From: Rhina ancylostomus | Taxonomy: Eukaryota | NCBI GenBank assembly: GCA_030265395.1 | Contig: JARFYF010000074.1 | Location: 44,823,056 to 44,887,055 of the forward strand | Length of the DNA: 64,000 bases | Reading direction: 5' to 3' | Shown: positions 13,447 through 27,180 of the stretch, in pieces | Layout of the letters: every line of letters starts with the position of its first letter | How positions within the stretch are numbered: the stretch's first letter is position 1 | Notes under the pieces: generated by a model | The model's database searches: none | Told to the model about the DNA's origin: nothing | Seen by the model: only the letters and a program-made list of their open reading frames with translations | Position numbers and translations under genes: made by a program

Positions 13447-16147
13447 AAACCTCCAAACTCAGGGTTGAAAATGCAGTAAATTGAGGCACAGCCAACAAAG
13501 CATGTACCACAAGAAATTCTTCCATTTCTGTTCACACATATTTACCTATTGAGTAGTCAGTCCCCTTTTAATGATGAGATAGGCTGCATTTTCATATGTT
13601 GGGTTGTAGAGAGTGGGTGGAACTTATAAAAAATATGCTCACAAAACACACTGCTGTGGTTTTGCTGTACATATCTCTTCCCAGTGATGCACAACATATT
13701 CTGGTCAACAAGGTTTCTTCAAAATTCTGTAATTTTGAATCCACTGACCCCAGCTGAGGGAGCATCGGTACCCCTACTCTGAAAGAAATGAAACTTGATT
13801 CTTTTGATTAGTATGGATTACAGCAGTGGACATTATCTATATGGTAATAATATATTTTGATTCTTGCTCCACAAAGCCAGTCTGCTTGAAGTAGGAACAC
13901 AAAGTTTTTTACCCTCTTAGCTTTTTTTTCAGAAGAATAAATCAATTTTGGATGCCAATTGTATATTGCTACACCATCATGCATATTGAAACCCAATATG
14001 GGCACAGGCAAGACTTAGAAAGCCTTTCTGTGGATTATTTTCAGGTCACTGCTGTTTATTGTGGTCATGGTTATTGAGGGTAACTGCAGAACTAATATGA
14101 AACAGCTGCAACCAAACATTTGAATTTAAACATATTGACTTTTTTTAGTTGAAATTCTCATTGAGTATTACCGCATGGTTCATCATTCTCTGTCTCTCTG
14201 CACTCTAGTGATGTTTTTAAATCAGTTCTTAATCAACATGCATTTGCTATCTAGTTACTCAATGTACATTTGACATGAACAAGCCAAGGTCAGCACTTCC
14301 AGCTTATTGGCAAAATATCATTGAGGTCCTGGCAGAAAGGAAAGCCAGCAATGAAAAGATACACATGACAAAATTGCCACTGTTTTTGGTTCCTTGAATT
14401 CAGCTTTCCAATACCAAATTATTTGCATTTCTTTTATATGCCAATCAGATCTTGGTTAACAACATTAAAATCTGGAGAATGTGCACTCAGATAAACATAC
14501 AGCAAAGTGGATGATGAATAAAAGGAGATGGAAGGAGAATATTTGAGTTGGTCTTACAGACTGGATGTTACTTTCAGTTATTATTCATGCCTAGCAAGCA
14601 ACAATTTGTTTTTAAATTTAATTTTTTTAGAAGAGTGAATGGGAGAAGACAGTATGCTCTTGTTAACTCCATAACTTAAATAACATTTAGCCTGTCAGAA
14701 CAGTACATGATGGAAGCCTGGGTCAAATAGTGATTTAGAATACTGCCCTTTTAATCTGGGATCAAGGTTTGAACTAAACCAGACAATAGACATTGAAGAC
14801 TCTCCTTGATCAGAGCTGTGTGTCACAATGTTATTTTCAGCTCATACTTTATGGCAGTCAGATGGTTGAAGATTTCTTTTTCCTGATTAGATAATATTTG
14901 ATGTAGGCCAAGGATTCTTGTTTAAAATAAATTTGAGCAATCGAATTCTAATGGAAGAATCAGTAGTTGTTACATGCATGTTAATATGGGGCCTGTGCTC
15001 TGAAACCTCAGCTACATATCAGAATCATTAGAAATCCTGCAAAAATAAGCATTGCATATGGAAAACAATGTCCTAATTATTAATGTGAATATTCCACAGG
15101 CTACTGGTAATTATTAGTTCTATGGATCATTCACTCATTTCATTATCCAATTATATTTAAATAGACCTGGGGAGGTTATGCAGAGTATAGAGGGATTTCA
15201 AATGTTCTTTGAACACTTCAGGACCCAATACATTTTAATTTGGAGCGGACAATTGTTCTCACTTTGATCTTAATGGCCTTATTCAATAATCTCACTCAGA
15301 GATAATCTTTAAATGTTGAAAACAGAAACATAATAATCACCGAGTAATGGATGATAATTAACATCTTGTTCTCGATATTCTGTTTGGACACCCTTAAATC
15401 TATACTGCTATAGACACTTTCAAGTGAAACCAACTATCTGAGTACAATGCACATGTTGTTTGAGGATATTTATCTTGCATCTGTTGGTATTGTAAACAAG
15501 ATCCCAAGATACTTTTCATTCCAGCATAAAGGTAGTACTACTGAATGTCAAAGAAATGTCAATATTCTCAGCACATTACAACTTTACCAATTGAAATATT
15601 CTTGTGGTTTGATAAAGAAGAAATTTTACAATATTTATAAAACATAGAAGAGGTTGGCAGTAATAACATATCTGAAACTCTAAAGGGAATTAAATTGATA
15701 CAAGAATATATAAAATTAGATTATAGCAAACCACACTAAATGAGCTATAGAAGTCATGAAATTGTATTTGTCACGAAATAGCTTGCACATTAGACTTATC
15801 CCGTAACATCAATACCTCATTGAATTAACTGTACCAATTTTCTTTTTAAAAAGATTACCTAATTTACTAGTGATCCTGAAAACTGAACAATGGTGAGCAG
15901 GTTATTGTGAAGTTAACGCCAATGCTGATGATGTCTTCCATTATTTTGATATGACGTAGGGTCACATGGAGGTAATTGGCTAGATTGGATTGGTCTTGCT
16001 CTCTGTGGACAGCATATACCTGAGTAATTTTCTGTTTGTAAGATGAAACCAGAATTTTTGCTGAAGTGGGACAGCTTGGTGTGAGGCCAGCGCTAAAGCA
16101 CGAGTCATTAATACTATAGTGGAAAATTGTTGGAGGCCATAGACTCC

Positions 16148-16450
16148 GGGCACGGTAGTGTAGAGGTTAGCGTAACTTTATTACAGCGCCAGCGACCAAG
16201 GTTCAATTCCAGCCACAGTCTGTAAGGAGTTTGTATGTTTTCCCCGTGTCTGCGTGGGTTTCCTCCGGGTGCTCCGGTTTCCTCCCACATTCCAAAGATG
16301 TATGGGTGAAGAAGTTGTGGGCATGATATGTCGGCGCTGGGAGCGTGGCAACACTTGAGGGCTGCCCCCAGAACACTCTACGCAAAAGATACATTTCACT
16401 GTGTGTTTTGATGTACATGTGACTCATAAAGATATCCTATCTTATCTTAT
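16148..16450 (+). mobile_element. Young full-length V-domain tRNA-derived SINE
   Basis: Pol III A box TAGTGTAGAGG (16156-16166), B box GGTTCAATTCC (16200-16210), V core gtgtctgcgtgggtttcctccgggtgctccggtttcctcccaca, (TCTTA)n tail. A close copy sits in inverse orientation at 24093-24380. Confidence 0.9.
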
Positions 16451-17709
16451 TTCATGATATGGGGTGAATTGAATTGGTTGAAAACTAGCTTTGTTGATGG
16501 GGTGACATCAGGAATGAACCAAGAAGCATTACCACCCTACATGACTGAAGATGATTATAAATGGTTTGGCTTGTACTTTGCAATCATGTATCACTGCATC
16601 AGTGAGGAAATGATATCCACGGAGACTCAGCATTTCCTTATCTGTCCATCACAGATGCAGTAGGACTGTAGAGCTTTAATTTGAACCATTGGTAGCAGGA
16701 TTGTTTAATTCTGTCCATTGCGTGTTGCTTTCATTGTTTTGCATGCCTGCAGTGTGTTGTAGCTTTGCCATATTGGCACTTCATTATTAGGATGCCTGTT
16801 ACCACTCCTGGAATGCTCTTGATCAGCAGGCTGGCCTGAAATTAATGGTGGAGTGAGTGATATGCCAAATCATTAGATTAATGATAATGATAGAAAACAA
16901 TTCTGCTGTTGCTAAAAACAAAGGGACTTAAATCAGATACTTGGAAAATCAAACGTGGAACTCTCAGATACCATGGAAACTTCACAGTGAATAGGCTTAT
17001 ACTATTTAATTTTTTCTCCTTACAAGGAAATCTGATTATCCCTGCAATTTGGATCATTTCTTCTTTGTTAAATGGCAGAGCTTTTCCAAAGATTTTCTGA
17101 AAATGGAACAATCCATACTGAATGCACCAAAACCTGGACAGCATTGAGAATGGAATTGGTTTGTTCTAAGTCACAGGTAATGATCAACTGAACAAAGAGC
17201 TGTTTAACTATCTTTTCAGTGATGCTCAATGTGGTTATCATTGCTGTATCTGAACCTCGGACATCTTACCGAGACAATTCCTACCTAGCCCACCATCAAC
17301 ATCTAATGTTTACAATTGTTCAGCAATCTGACTGGATTTGCCACATAAAAAAAGTTGTAGAAATATGTTAGAAGTGTTCAGAAAATGATAAAACCCCTGA
17401 CTCCCCATCAACAAATTAGCTCCAGAGATGACCAAGTACTCAGGAAATTAATATTATCCAGGGCAAAGTAGCTCATTTGATTGGCATCTCTTTCACTATC
17501 TGCACCATTGAGTTACAAAGTATCTCCTGTCTACAAGACAAGTTTAGCTTGAAAGCATTGTTGCTAGCCTATAACCTCTACCATCCAGAAGTACAAGAAC
17601 AAGAGCTTGGGTGTATCTGTTCTTACAAAAGGCCCTTGAAGTGTTAATATATACAGTTTTGGAAATATATTGCTATTCTTTTTTATTCATTTTTGGGTTG
17701 ACAGAGTCT

Positions 17710-18360
17710 TTGACCATGTTGTAACCATTCTGACTTGTGCCTATTATATCTGAAATTCTGTTCGAATCTTTTGAATCAGGTTTTTGCCCCATACACAGAA
17801 CAGATATACCTCCTATTCAACTCATAAGTTACATCCTTTGTGACTGTGAGAAAGGTAAGCTACCACTCCTTGCAGTCTTTGATATGGTTGACTCCTTGTT
17901 CAATGCTTCTCAGCTGTAGTTCACTAATGGGGCAGCACTTTCTAGGTTCCATTTTCATCTATCCAATTGTAGCCTAAAATTCACCAGAAATGGCTTCTAT
18001 TTCTGCAACACCACCATTATGTCTGATGCCTTCCAAGGATCTATCTTTAGCCCTTTCCAATTTTCCACCTTCCTGATGTCTCTCAGCAACATCATCTGAA
18101 AATGCAGTATTGTTTTCAAAGTTTGTGCTGAAGACAATCATTTCTATCTCATCATAAACTTTGTTGATACCTCTGCGTTGGTTCACTTCATATACTGCAC
18201 TCCCTTGTTGCTGATTCCATTCCTCTTCCTGTCGTCTGTCTGAAACGGAACCAGACTCTTCGCAACTTTATATTTAACTCCAAGCTGAGCTTCATACCTC
18301 ATATCTGTGCCTTCACTCAGACCATACATTTATTTCCATCTTAGTAAAATTGTTTTTCTC
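17710..18360 (+). mobile_element. L2 LINE reverse-transcriptase relic
   Basis: FESFESGFCPIHRTD...ILCDCEKGKLPLLAVFDMVD resembles the L2 motif QSGFRxxHSTETAL...DLSAAFDTVDH. A probable L2 3' tail lies at about 20240-20600. Confidence 0.65.
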
Positions 18361-21300
18361 TACTCACTTTTGATCTAAGACCACTCACCTAAAAGGACAT
18401 TGTTGTTTCCCTCCTTGTGGATAGTGGCTGACCTTCTAGGTATTTCTGGGTTTTTTTCTGTTTTTATTTTAGACTTCTACAATGCATAGCATTTTGCTTT
18501 TGTATTACATAAATAGTTATTGTTGTTGGGTCAAAATCCTCCAGCTCCCAATCTAATAGCATAGTGGTAGTACTTCCCTCACAGGGAACTGTAGTGGTTT
18601 AGCTTCCCTGTTCATCCTCTCAAGGTGGTCCAGCTATCTCACCACATCATAAAGGACAATAATAGATGGACAATAAATGCTTTCCAGTAATGCCTACATT
18701 CCCAAGAGGAAATGAAAAGAAATGGACCTATCAGACACCAAATGGATGTGAGAAAATAATGGTTATTCAGCAGAAAATAAGTGATACTAAGATGTAAAGC
18801 AGAGATTGATAGATTTTTAGATATGAAGAAAGCCAAGGAATTAAGAGAAAGGGCAGGAAATTGACAGTGGGAGAAATGATCAGATGTGGTCTTTAAAAAA
18901 AGGCAAAGGAGGCATGAGGAGCCAAATGAGGAGCTTGCTTTTATTCTTGATTAATATTTAGCATATCAACCTCTCAAATTGCCCCACATTGCAATTAAGA
19001 TATATGGGATGCAGAATGATGCTTAAATCTAAAAGAACAATTAGATTATTTTAAGATAAAATGCAATATTTAAAAAAAATAGTATTGACTCAATTTCTTG
19101 TCATGTAACCACAGTAATATTCTTATAAAGATAATGAAACCTCTTGATTCACAATTAAGTTTTAAAGTTTATTCAGTGATAATTATTCATTAGTAGTTGC
19201 CCTTCCCTCAAGACCTTCTTTATAATGAAAGTGTAATACCAGCTGTTTGTTTTGTGGATAAAGGTATTTCATTTGGAAAAAGGAATGTCCTGACCATGAA
19301 TAAACTGAGAGGGTCAGATGACCCTTTGGGAAAACAAACACATACCTTAGTTACCCCTTGTTTTACACTTTTGGTAAAACCGTTCCATGAATGACAAAGG
19401 AATGTTAAAGCCATATTTTCAATACAAAGTGAGATGGTATCAGAGAAAGCAAAGGGGTGAAGATTGCATGCATGTGTACGTTTTTGTATGCTAAATAACT
19501 CAGTGCTAATGAGGGGTTTCAATCTCACCTATCAATGAACGTCCGCCGTTTTTGTCAAAAATAGTCTGAAAGCTGTCTGGCATGCACATAACTATTAGAA
19601 CACACTTCCATATGGACTCAACAAATAAACATGGAATCAGTATTAAATCTCAAACTAACTCATCTGGACTACAGTTAAATGCAAGATTAATAGGATCCAG
19701 GCATTAAAACAGAATGTTTTTCTGGAACATTCGTGGTCTTTATTGCATCAACCTTCTGCAGTTATTTTCCTGAAAATGGCAAATTAGGAGATATCAATAG
19801 TTATTCATGCCACCCATCAAATTCAAGGTAGAGTCTGTGGAAGGACTGGGGAGATTACAATCTCATCTCTGTAGAAGAAAAATATTGAAGAACAGAGGAA
19901 CTCAAAAGGAGTGAGAGAAGAGAGGGGAGAAGGAGGAGGAACAGGTAATGCACTGAGTTGCAGACATTGAATTCCAGCTTTTGAAATCTGGTCCAACTGC
20001 AGCACAGATAAAAGAAATTAAAGTATTTGTTTACACTTTCATTTTGCTTTTCCTTCTCTTTACTGAAGAATTAATACCAGAATTTCACAGACTCTGCCTA
20101 GCAGATGTTAGCAAGCTGCTCATTTGTTCGGAAGTGAGGAATATGCATATCAACCAGAAAATTTGTGAAGGCTGGTCCATGTCTTGAGAACATCTGAAAG
20201 AGCAACCTCATCCAGCCCTACCCTACTTCTCAATTTTGGGACATCTCCAAATTTGCCTTTTGTGCATCTCTAATTTTAATTGCTGCCTGGACCCTGAACT
20301 CCTCATTAAACTTCTCTGTCTCTCTGATCCTCTTTTATGATGCTCCTTATAACANNNNNNNNNNNNNNNNNNNNNNNNNNNNNNNNNNNNNNNNNNNNNN
20401 NNNNNNNNNNNNNNNNNNNNNNNNNNNNNNNNNNNNNNNNNNNNNNNNNNNNNNTGATCCTCTTTTATGATGCTCCTTATAACAAACCAGCTTGACCAAG
20501 CTTTTTGTCATCTGCCCGATAAGATGTGTGCGTGGCTTGGTGTCAAAGTTATGTTTGACAATGTTACTTTAAAGAGCCTTGCAACATTTCAATAACTGAG
20601 ATGTGATTTACTAAATTATTATAATGTGATTTCAAAGTGAAATGTCATTTTAAATCCTGTAATAACAACAGAAAAAGTTGATTGGAAGTGGTGTGTTATG
20701 GTAGTTTTAATTCCAAACAACTTTGAGACTGGGGCAGCATGAGAGATGAAAAATGGTGCTAATGTAGAGAAAGATAGACAGGGGCTGGGAGCAGAGGACC
20801 TGGTGAAGGATCAAAGAGCAACTGGAATCTTACCACTTCCCTCAAGGAGAAGCAATGACAATAGTGAGAATGGGTGGAGTGCTGTAAGAGAGGGGAATGC
20901 CAGAAGACCAAGGGAGAGTACAGGATAATGAAGTTGAATGCAAGGGTGTGGTGTTGAGGGGAATGCAAAAAAAGGGGAGGAATAGGTAATGGAAACGAAA
21001 ATAAGTATTGAAGATAAAAATGAAATNNNNNNNNNNNNNNNNNNNNNNNNNNNNNNNNNNNNNNNNNNNNNNNNNNNNNNNNNNNNNNNNNNNNNNNNNN
21101 NNNNNNNNNNNNNNNNNNNNNNNNNNATGAAATAACGTAATTAGTTGAAGAAAGAATAAGCATACTCCCTCAGGTTTCTGTTATTCCTTTATTTCACTCC
21201 ATGCATACCTCAAATGGAGACAACATCTTTAGGTGACTCCTTTGATTGCCAGATCACGTTATGACACACAACTTTTCTACAGAAAAAAATGAAAAAAAAT

Positions 21301-21949
21301 ATTTCATTGGGAGGGGAAATGAATTAACAGGTGTAAAGGTGAAAACTGAAACAGAACTAAAGATGGAGAGACAGCGAAATAACAGTCAGACAGCAGGCTT
21401 CAAATTTTCTATGCAATGGAAGCACACATATTTGCAGTGGAACCAGCTGTGCTGCTGTGGTGTGATGACATTCGTAGTGCAATTGTTATGAGGTGTGCTG
21501 GCTTTTACAGTGTAACTGTCCATGCTGCTGTTACGTAGTGAGCTGCCATTTGTAGTCAACACTGTTACGAACTGTGGTGGCACTTCTGATGCTAGAATGT
21601 GCCAGAAGCATGTAGATCTTGAAGATCCAGCTAATACAGCTGTTCAATTTGTACAGAGAACCCGGCATTTAACAACATGAACTACCACCCCAACAGCACC
21701 TGTGCTGTTTAAAACAATCATCAATTCCTTGCATGTTTGTTGATATTTAAGGAATTTTAGGTGCTTTTGTTTTCACAAAGAGTTGGTTTGTTTCTGTAGA
21801 CCTTACTACTGCTTCTGAAGTCTATAGAGGGGCGTGGCAAAAGTAAGAACTACATCTGGCTTCTAAGCTTCAGCCAAACCCCAGAGAGCTCGTGTATATG
21901 GAATATCAGAATGATAAGATAAATGTGACATTAAGGAGAAAAGGGAAAC

Positions 21950-22150
21950 AATAGGAAAGAGGAGGAGGAGAAGGATCCTCATCAACAGACCACTAACCTC
22001 TAAGAGATTTCCTGGAGCAGGTATCCTACAGAAGCAGTGATATAAGCAACTCTGTCAAAGATATGCCATTTGCAGTAGCCACAGAGAAGGGCCAGGATCA
22101 CTTTGCCAGCAGCTGTAAAGTTCATGGTGACCATCTTATGATCCTGGGGC
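21950..22150 (+). mobile_element. Harbinger nuclease N-terminal relic
   Basis: Fragments ICHLQ and RARITLPAAVK resemble the HARBI1-type N-terminal LPxxVKV region. Frames are broken. Confidence 0.45.
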
Positions 22151-24092
22151 TGTCCATTCATCACCTGGCTGTTGATTCAAGTTCAGCCAAGACCCACAGG
22201 AGAATGTGCATACATTGAGAGGCAAGCTTGCACCTGTGACATCATTGAGGTGAGAGAATACATAGGGGAGGAAGCAATGCAATCTTCAGTGTGTGTATCA
22301 GTCCCACTTGCAATCCACTGCCTTGACTAGGTCCCCTGCCACAGGTGACTGCAAGTGGCCCCAGAACATTAAGAGGTGTAGACACTCAGTGAGGTGGAGA
22401 TTGCTGCAGGATGTAGGTGCATCCAATAAAAAGGCTGCAAAGAGAAAATGATTACAGAAGTATTTGACCAATTGAATGTGAATCTATCAGCTGTTGTGAT
22501 CAAAACATTAAACTTAGGACAAAGACCCTTTAACTTATATCCAATGGGTATTTCAGATGCTGTGCTGCTTGTTTTTTATTTGCCACTGTCGTATGTCAGT
22601 AGTTCTCCTGGCATTGGAGGTCCAATTTCAATTGGAATAGGGTTGGAGGTGTGTTGCTGATGATATGACGTACTTTCACGCACATCTGCCATTGCATAGA
22701 TTTCAAATGTGCCAGCATGAGCGATGGCTAGATGTGCTTGGTCCTACTTTGTGATGCACTCAGTTTCACCCAGAAATGTTCTAGGTCTACTCTGGTTAAA
22801 ACTGGTTGTTGCACGGTTAACATCTAAAATATAAGTCCTAATTTATCTAATTTGTACATTTCAATATGACCATAGGACTCAACAAAAAAAAATGAGTTTT
22901 TATAGGTGGCTTTGTTGAGATAGGATAGTAACAGTATCCTCCATGTTACACTTAATGTTTGGCTGAATTAACTATATTTGTTTTCTGACATGGTTTCTAC
23001 CACAGACAAGAAACCTGAGAAAGAGAGATGTCAAGCTGTATCTAAACTGTGATCTCTTCCATTGAAAGGACAGCACAGAATCACCACAAACAATAACGAC
23101 ATACTGAACTTATCAGTCACAGAGCAACCCTGTATCACTGTGATGTAGCGATATACCAGTTAGTGATAAAGGAATGTGTGACCTCAGTCCTACTTACACA
23201 AACAAAAGTTGCAGACTACCAAACTGTTCTGAGATTCTGTGCAAGTTTAATAATCATTGACTTTGATGTCCTTGTTTACAGGCAGAAGGGAACAAGAGTA
23301 AAACATTAGCTTGCAATACTATTCATAAAGAGTGAGTAGAAATTTGATTGTGTAATGATTTTTTTAAAAACCAGCATGAGATTCATTTTCGATTCTACTC
23401 AGAATAAATTTCATTAGTGTCATTTCTGGGTAAAATCTTGCCCACACAGAATTGTATCAGGCATCTCTGGTTGTAATCCCCAATGTTTTCCTGGGATCAG
23501 ACGTGCACCTAGCTGTGTCATTTTTGCCCTTCCCAACATAAACAGAAGTTCAAAGCCGCAGCCTACAACAGTTGTGGAACAGTCTCAGTAGAATGAGGAG
23601 CACATAACTGCCTTGCTGATTTTCTCATTATTTAAAAGGAATATTCAGCTGACATTGGAAAACCCAATCAGGCAGCTTCAGAAGCAATTGGAGGCTGCTG
23701 ACAGCTTCCAAAGTTTAAGGAGAGTACTTAAGCTCACAGGGAATATCTTATACAGAATTCAATTGCTGAGATAGTCATTCAATGGATAACTCAGTGGTGA
23801 CATCAATGGCAGCATTCCATTACTGGAAGCTTTAGGATAGCCCCAGCAAGGTACTTAGGAAGGGTTGGAGACATAGGGGCACTGAATATCTTATTCCCAG
23901 AGAGTTTTCAGAGACACCACATCCTACTTGGGACAGTCTGATGGACATTTTTTTCTCACAGGCTCAGACTCTCCAAGTCTGTCTCCACTGGGGAACATGA
24001 GATTCTGTAGCCAAGCTCATGCCTGAGCTCCTCTCCCTGGTGGAGTTCAAAGTTATGTTGATTCTCAACTTCCTTGCCTTGAGACCATCAGA

Positions 24093-24380
24093 AGATAAGA
24101 TTTCTTTATTAGTTACATGTACATCGAAACACATAGTGAAATATGTCTTTTTGCATAGAGTGTTCTGGGGGCAGCCTGCAAGTGTCTCCACGCTTCCGGT
24201 GCCAAGATAGCATGCCCACAACTTCCCAACCTGTATATCTTGAATGTGGGAGGAAACCGGAGCACCCGGAGGAAACCCACGCAGACACGGGGAGAACGTA
24301 CAAACTCCTTACACACAGCAGCCGGAATTGAACCCGGGTCGCTGGTGCTGTAATAGCATTACACTAACCACCACATTACC
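24093..24380 (-). mobile_element. V-domain tRNA SINE, same family as 16148-16450
   Basis: The reverse complement aligns by eye along its whole length to 16148-16450, including the B box GGTTCAATTCC and the V core. Confidence 0.9.
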
Positions 24381-24399
24381 AAGAAGAAAGTGGCATTTA

Positions 24400-24670
24400 G
24401 GACACTTTGATTTGCCACCATTGTTGCTTCTCCAGAGTGCATTCAGATACCTATCAGGACACCAATAAGTAACCCAGATCTTTTCAAGAGCAGAAAGAGT
24501 TTCCACTACCTCATTGTATAGTTGAATAGATCATGAGAAGAATTTCCTGATGATGATGATTGCCATCCTGAGGGAGTCTGTGCTGCCAGATGTTTTAGTG
24601 GCCAGCATTGCTTGGAGAGAGGGATCCTGGAGGACAAAGGCTTCCCTGCTACTCACACCAGTGTGTTTTC
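24400..24670 (+). mobile_element. Harbinger (HARBI1-type DDE) transposase core relic
   Basis: FKSRKSFHYLIV*L, AILRESVLPD and GILEDKGFP occur in the expected order of NRKGFHSLNVQ, HDAFILxxS and LLGDxGYP. Stops and frameshifts are present. Confidence 0.7.
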
Positions 24671-24689
24671 CTATCACAGTGGCCACCAA

Positions 24690-25080
24690 CTTACTACACT
24701 ATAGGAAAAATGTGATTGTGTTGGAGAGAGTGCAGAAAAGATTTGCCAGGACGTTGCTGGATTGAAGGGGAAAGATTAGATAGGTTGGGCTTCTTTTCCT
24801 TGGAACAAAGGAGGCCGAGGGGTGACCTGATTGAAGATTAAGGGAGGCATAGATGGAGTGGATAGTCAGAGAGTAGTTGACATCTGGAATGCACTGCCAG
24901 AGGAATCAGGTACAATTATTATGTTTAAAAGGCATTTAGACAGATAATTAAATAGGCAAGGCATAGAAGGATATAGTCCTAATGCAAGCAAATGAGATTA
25001 ATGTAAATGGGCAAAATGGTTGGCATGGACGTGATGGGCTGAAAGGTCCATTTCTGTGCTGAATGAATCTGGCGACTCTA
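24690..25080 (+). mobile_element. CR1 LINE 3' fragment
   Basis: HYRKNVIVLERVQKRFARTL, then WNALPE and FKRHLD, then the tail gggctgaaaggtcc...gactcta. Confidence 0.8.
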
Positions 25081-25821
25081 TACCATACCAACAATGAGCT
25101 GGGAAAGCCCAGAAGGCATCTAATAGCTCCTCGCTTCCTGCTTTACAGTAATAACCATGCTGATTATAACATTTTAATGAATGAAATCCTGCTCCAATTA
25201 CTTAAATAACTACAGCATCCATTTCCTGAAAAGTGGCGCCTTACTTAAAGAACTAAAACTTCTGCATGTAATACACTCTTCTGTGTGGAGCTCTGCTCTG
25301 TAAGTGTAAACTGTGGCGTGCCAATCACCAGATATGTCCAGTGAGTTCATGAGGTTTCTTGTGACTTTAATCTATTGTGTGGGGTTTTTCACTCCTGGAG
25401 GAAACTGTAACCATCTCCTGCAGCTCTTATCATTGTGCCCTGATGGGTTTCCTGCCTGCACTCACCCAGTGGCACACACTTCAGTTATCTAAGCTTGTTA
25501 TTCCTTTTAATGGGAGTTCTGTCCCTTTCCCTTGCATCCTTTCTCTCTTCTATGCCAGCCATAATATGTACTGCTGCCATGCGAAGAGTGCCTTTAAGAG
25601 CTGCCACCCTTCTCTAAATGCTGCATAGCAAAATGTCAGTAGCTGTGTTGATTTGGGTGATGTCCAGTCAGGAATGGTGGGTCTGTTTTAGTGCTTGTTT
25701 CTGGCTGTAAACCACCATAACCTTACTTCACATTGGAATATGACTGTTTTCACAATTTGGCATCACACTAGATGCAACGATATTTCAGGGCACCAAAAAT
25801 GGGTGCAGTTTTAGTTATCGG

Positions 25822-27180
25822 TTATAATTGGTTTATTATTGTCACTTGTACCAAGGTAGTGATAAAATTGTCTAGCATACCAGTCATACAGATCAATTCA
25901 TTACACAAAGCATTGAGGTAGTACAAGGCAAACCAATAACACAATGCAGGATAAAGGGTANNNNNNNNNNNNNNNNNNNNNNNNNNNNNNNNNNNNNNNN
26001 NNNNNNNNNNNNNNNNNNNNNNNNNNNNNNNNNNNNNNNNNNNNNNNNNNNNNNNNNNNNCATTACACAAAGCATTGAGGTAGTACAAGGCAAACCAATA
26101 ACACAAGGCAGGATAAAGGGTAACAGCTACAGAGAAAATGCAGTGCAGGTAGGTAATAAGGTGCAAGGTCATAATGAGGTAGATTTTGAGGTCAAGAGTC
26201 CAATCAATAGTCTTATAACAGTGGGATAGAAGAAATCCTTGAGCCTGGTGGTGTGTGCTTTCAGGCTTTTTTATCATCTGCCCAATGGAAGGGGGGGGAG
26301 AAGAGAGAATGCCTAGGGGTCTTTACTGAGGCAGCGAGAAGTCTAGACTGAGTTNNNNNNNNNNTCCAGACAAGATGCTTTTTATGGTGCATTGATAAAA
26401 ATTGGTGAGGATCAAAGGGGACATGCCAAATTTTTTTAGCCTCCTGAGGAAGTGGAAGCACTGATGAACTTTCTTGGCCATGGCGTCTATGTGGTTGGAC
26501 CAGTGATGTTCACTCCTAGGAACTTGAAGCTCTTAATCCTCTTGACCTCAGCACCATTGATGTAGACAGGTGCATGTGCACCACCCTCCTTCCTGAAGTC
26601 AATAACCAGCTCTTTCGTTTTGCTGACATTGAAGGAAAGGTTGTTGTCATGACACCATGTCTCCTTCCTGTACTCTGACNNNNNNNNNNTATTTGAAATA
26701 CATTCCACTACGGTGGTATCATCTGAAAACTTGTAGATAGAGTTAGAGCAGAATCTAACCATGCAGTCGTGAGTATAGGGAGTAGAGTAGGGCGTTGAGG
26801 ATGCAGCCTTGTGAGGAACTAGTGTTGAGAATAATCATAGCGGAGGTGCTGCTGCCTAGCCTTACTGATTGCAGTCTGTTGGCCAGGAAGTCAAAGATCC
26901 AGATGTTGAGTCCCTGGTCTTGTTGTTTGGAGATGAGTTTGCTTGGAATTGTAGTATTGAAGGCTGAGTTGTAGTCAATTAACAATAGTCTAATGTAGGC
27001 ACCTTTACTGTCCAACTGCTCCAGAGATGAGTGTAGGGCCAGGGAGATGGTGTCTATGGTAGACCTGTTTTGGTGGAGGCGAATTGCAGTGGGTCAAGGT
27101 TGTCTTGGAGGCTGGAGTTAATGTGTGCCATGACCAGACTCTCAAGGCACGTTACAATGGTGGATGTCAGAGCCAAGTGG
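25822..27180 (-). mobile_element. Rex1/Babar-clade LINE, 5'-truncated, RT pseudo-ORF
   Basis: Fragments LDPLQFA, YIRLLLIDYNSAFNTTIPSKL, KFSDDTTVV, WCHDNNLSFNVSKTKELVIDFRK and FKFLGVNIT occur in order. The 3' tail gtgacaataataaacc recurs at 61120-61260 (+). Confidence 0.85.

Larger units (their letters stand above)
12425..13500 (-). mobile_element. Deu-domain SINE split by two younger insertions
   Basis: Tail part ttacagccattgaagtacttt...gcagctaatttgcatacagcaaactcccaaaaacagcaatgtg at 12465-12563, core at about 12930-13150, head remnant at about 13447-13500. Confidence 0.65.

Noticed and set aside
13546-13790. Possible minus-strand exon bounded by tttctttcag and gtaaat
   Set aside because: The frames I translated hit stops and resembled no known protein; no partner exons were found.
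16148-16220. tRNA-like A and B boxes
   Set aside because: This is the head of a SINE continuing into a V domain and tail; there is no complete cloverleaf.
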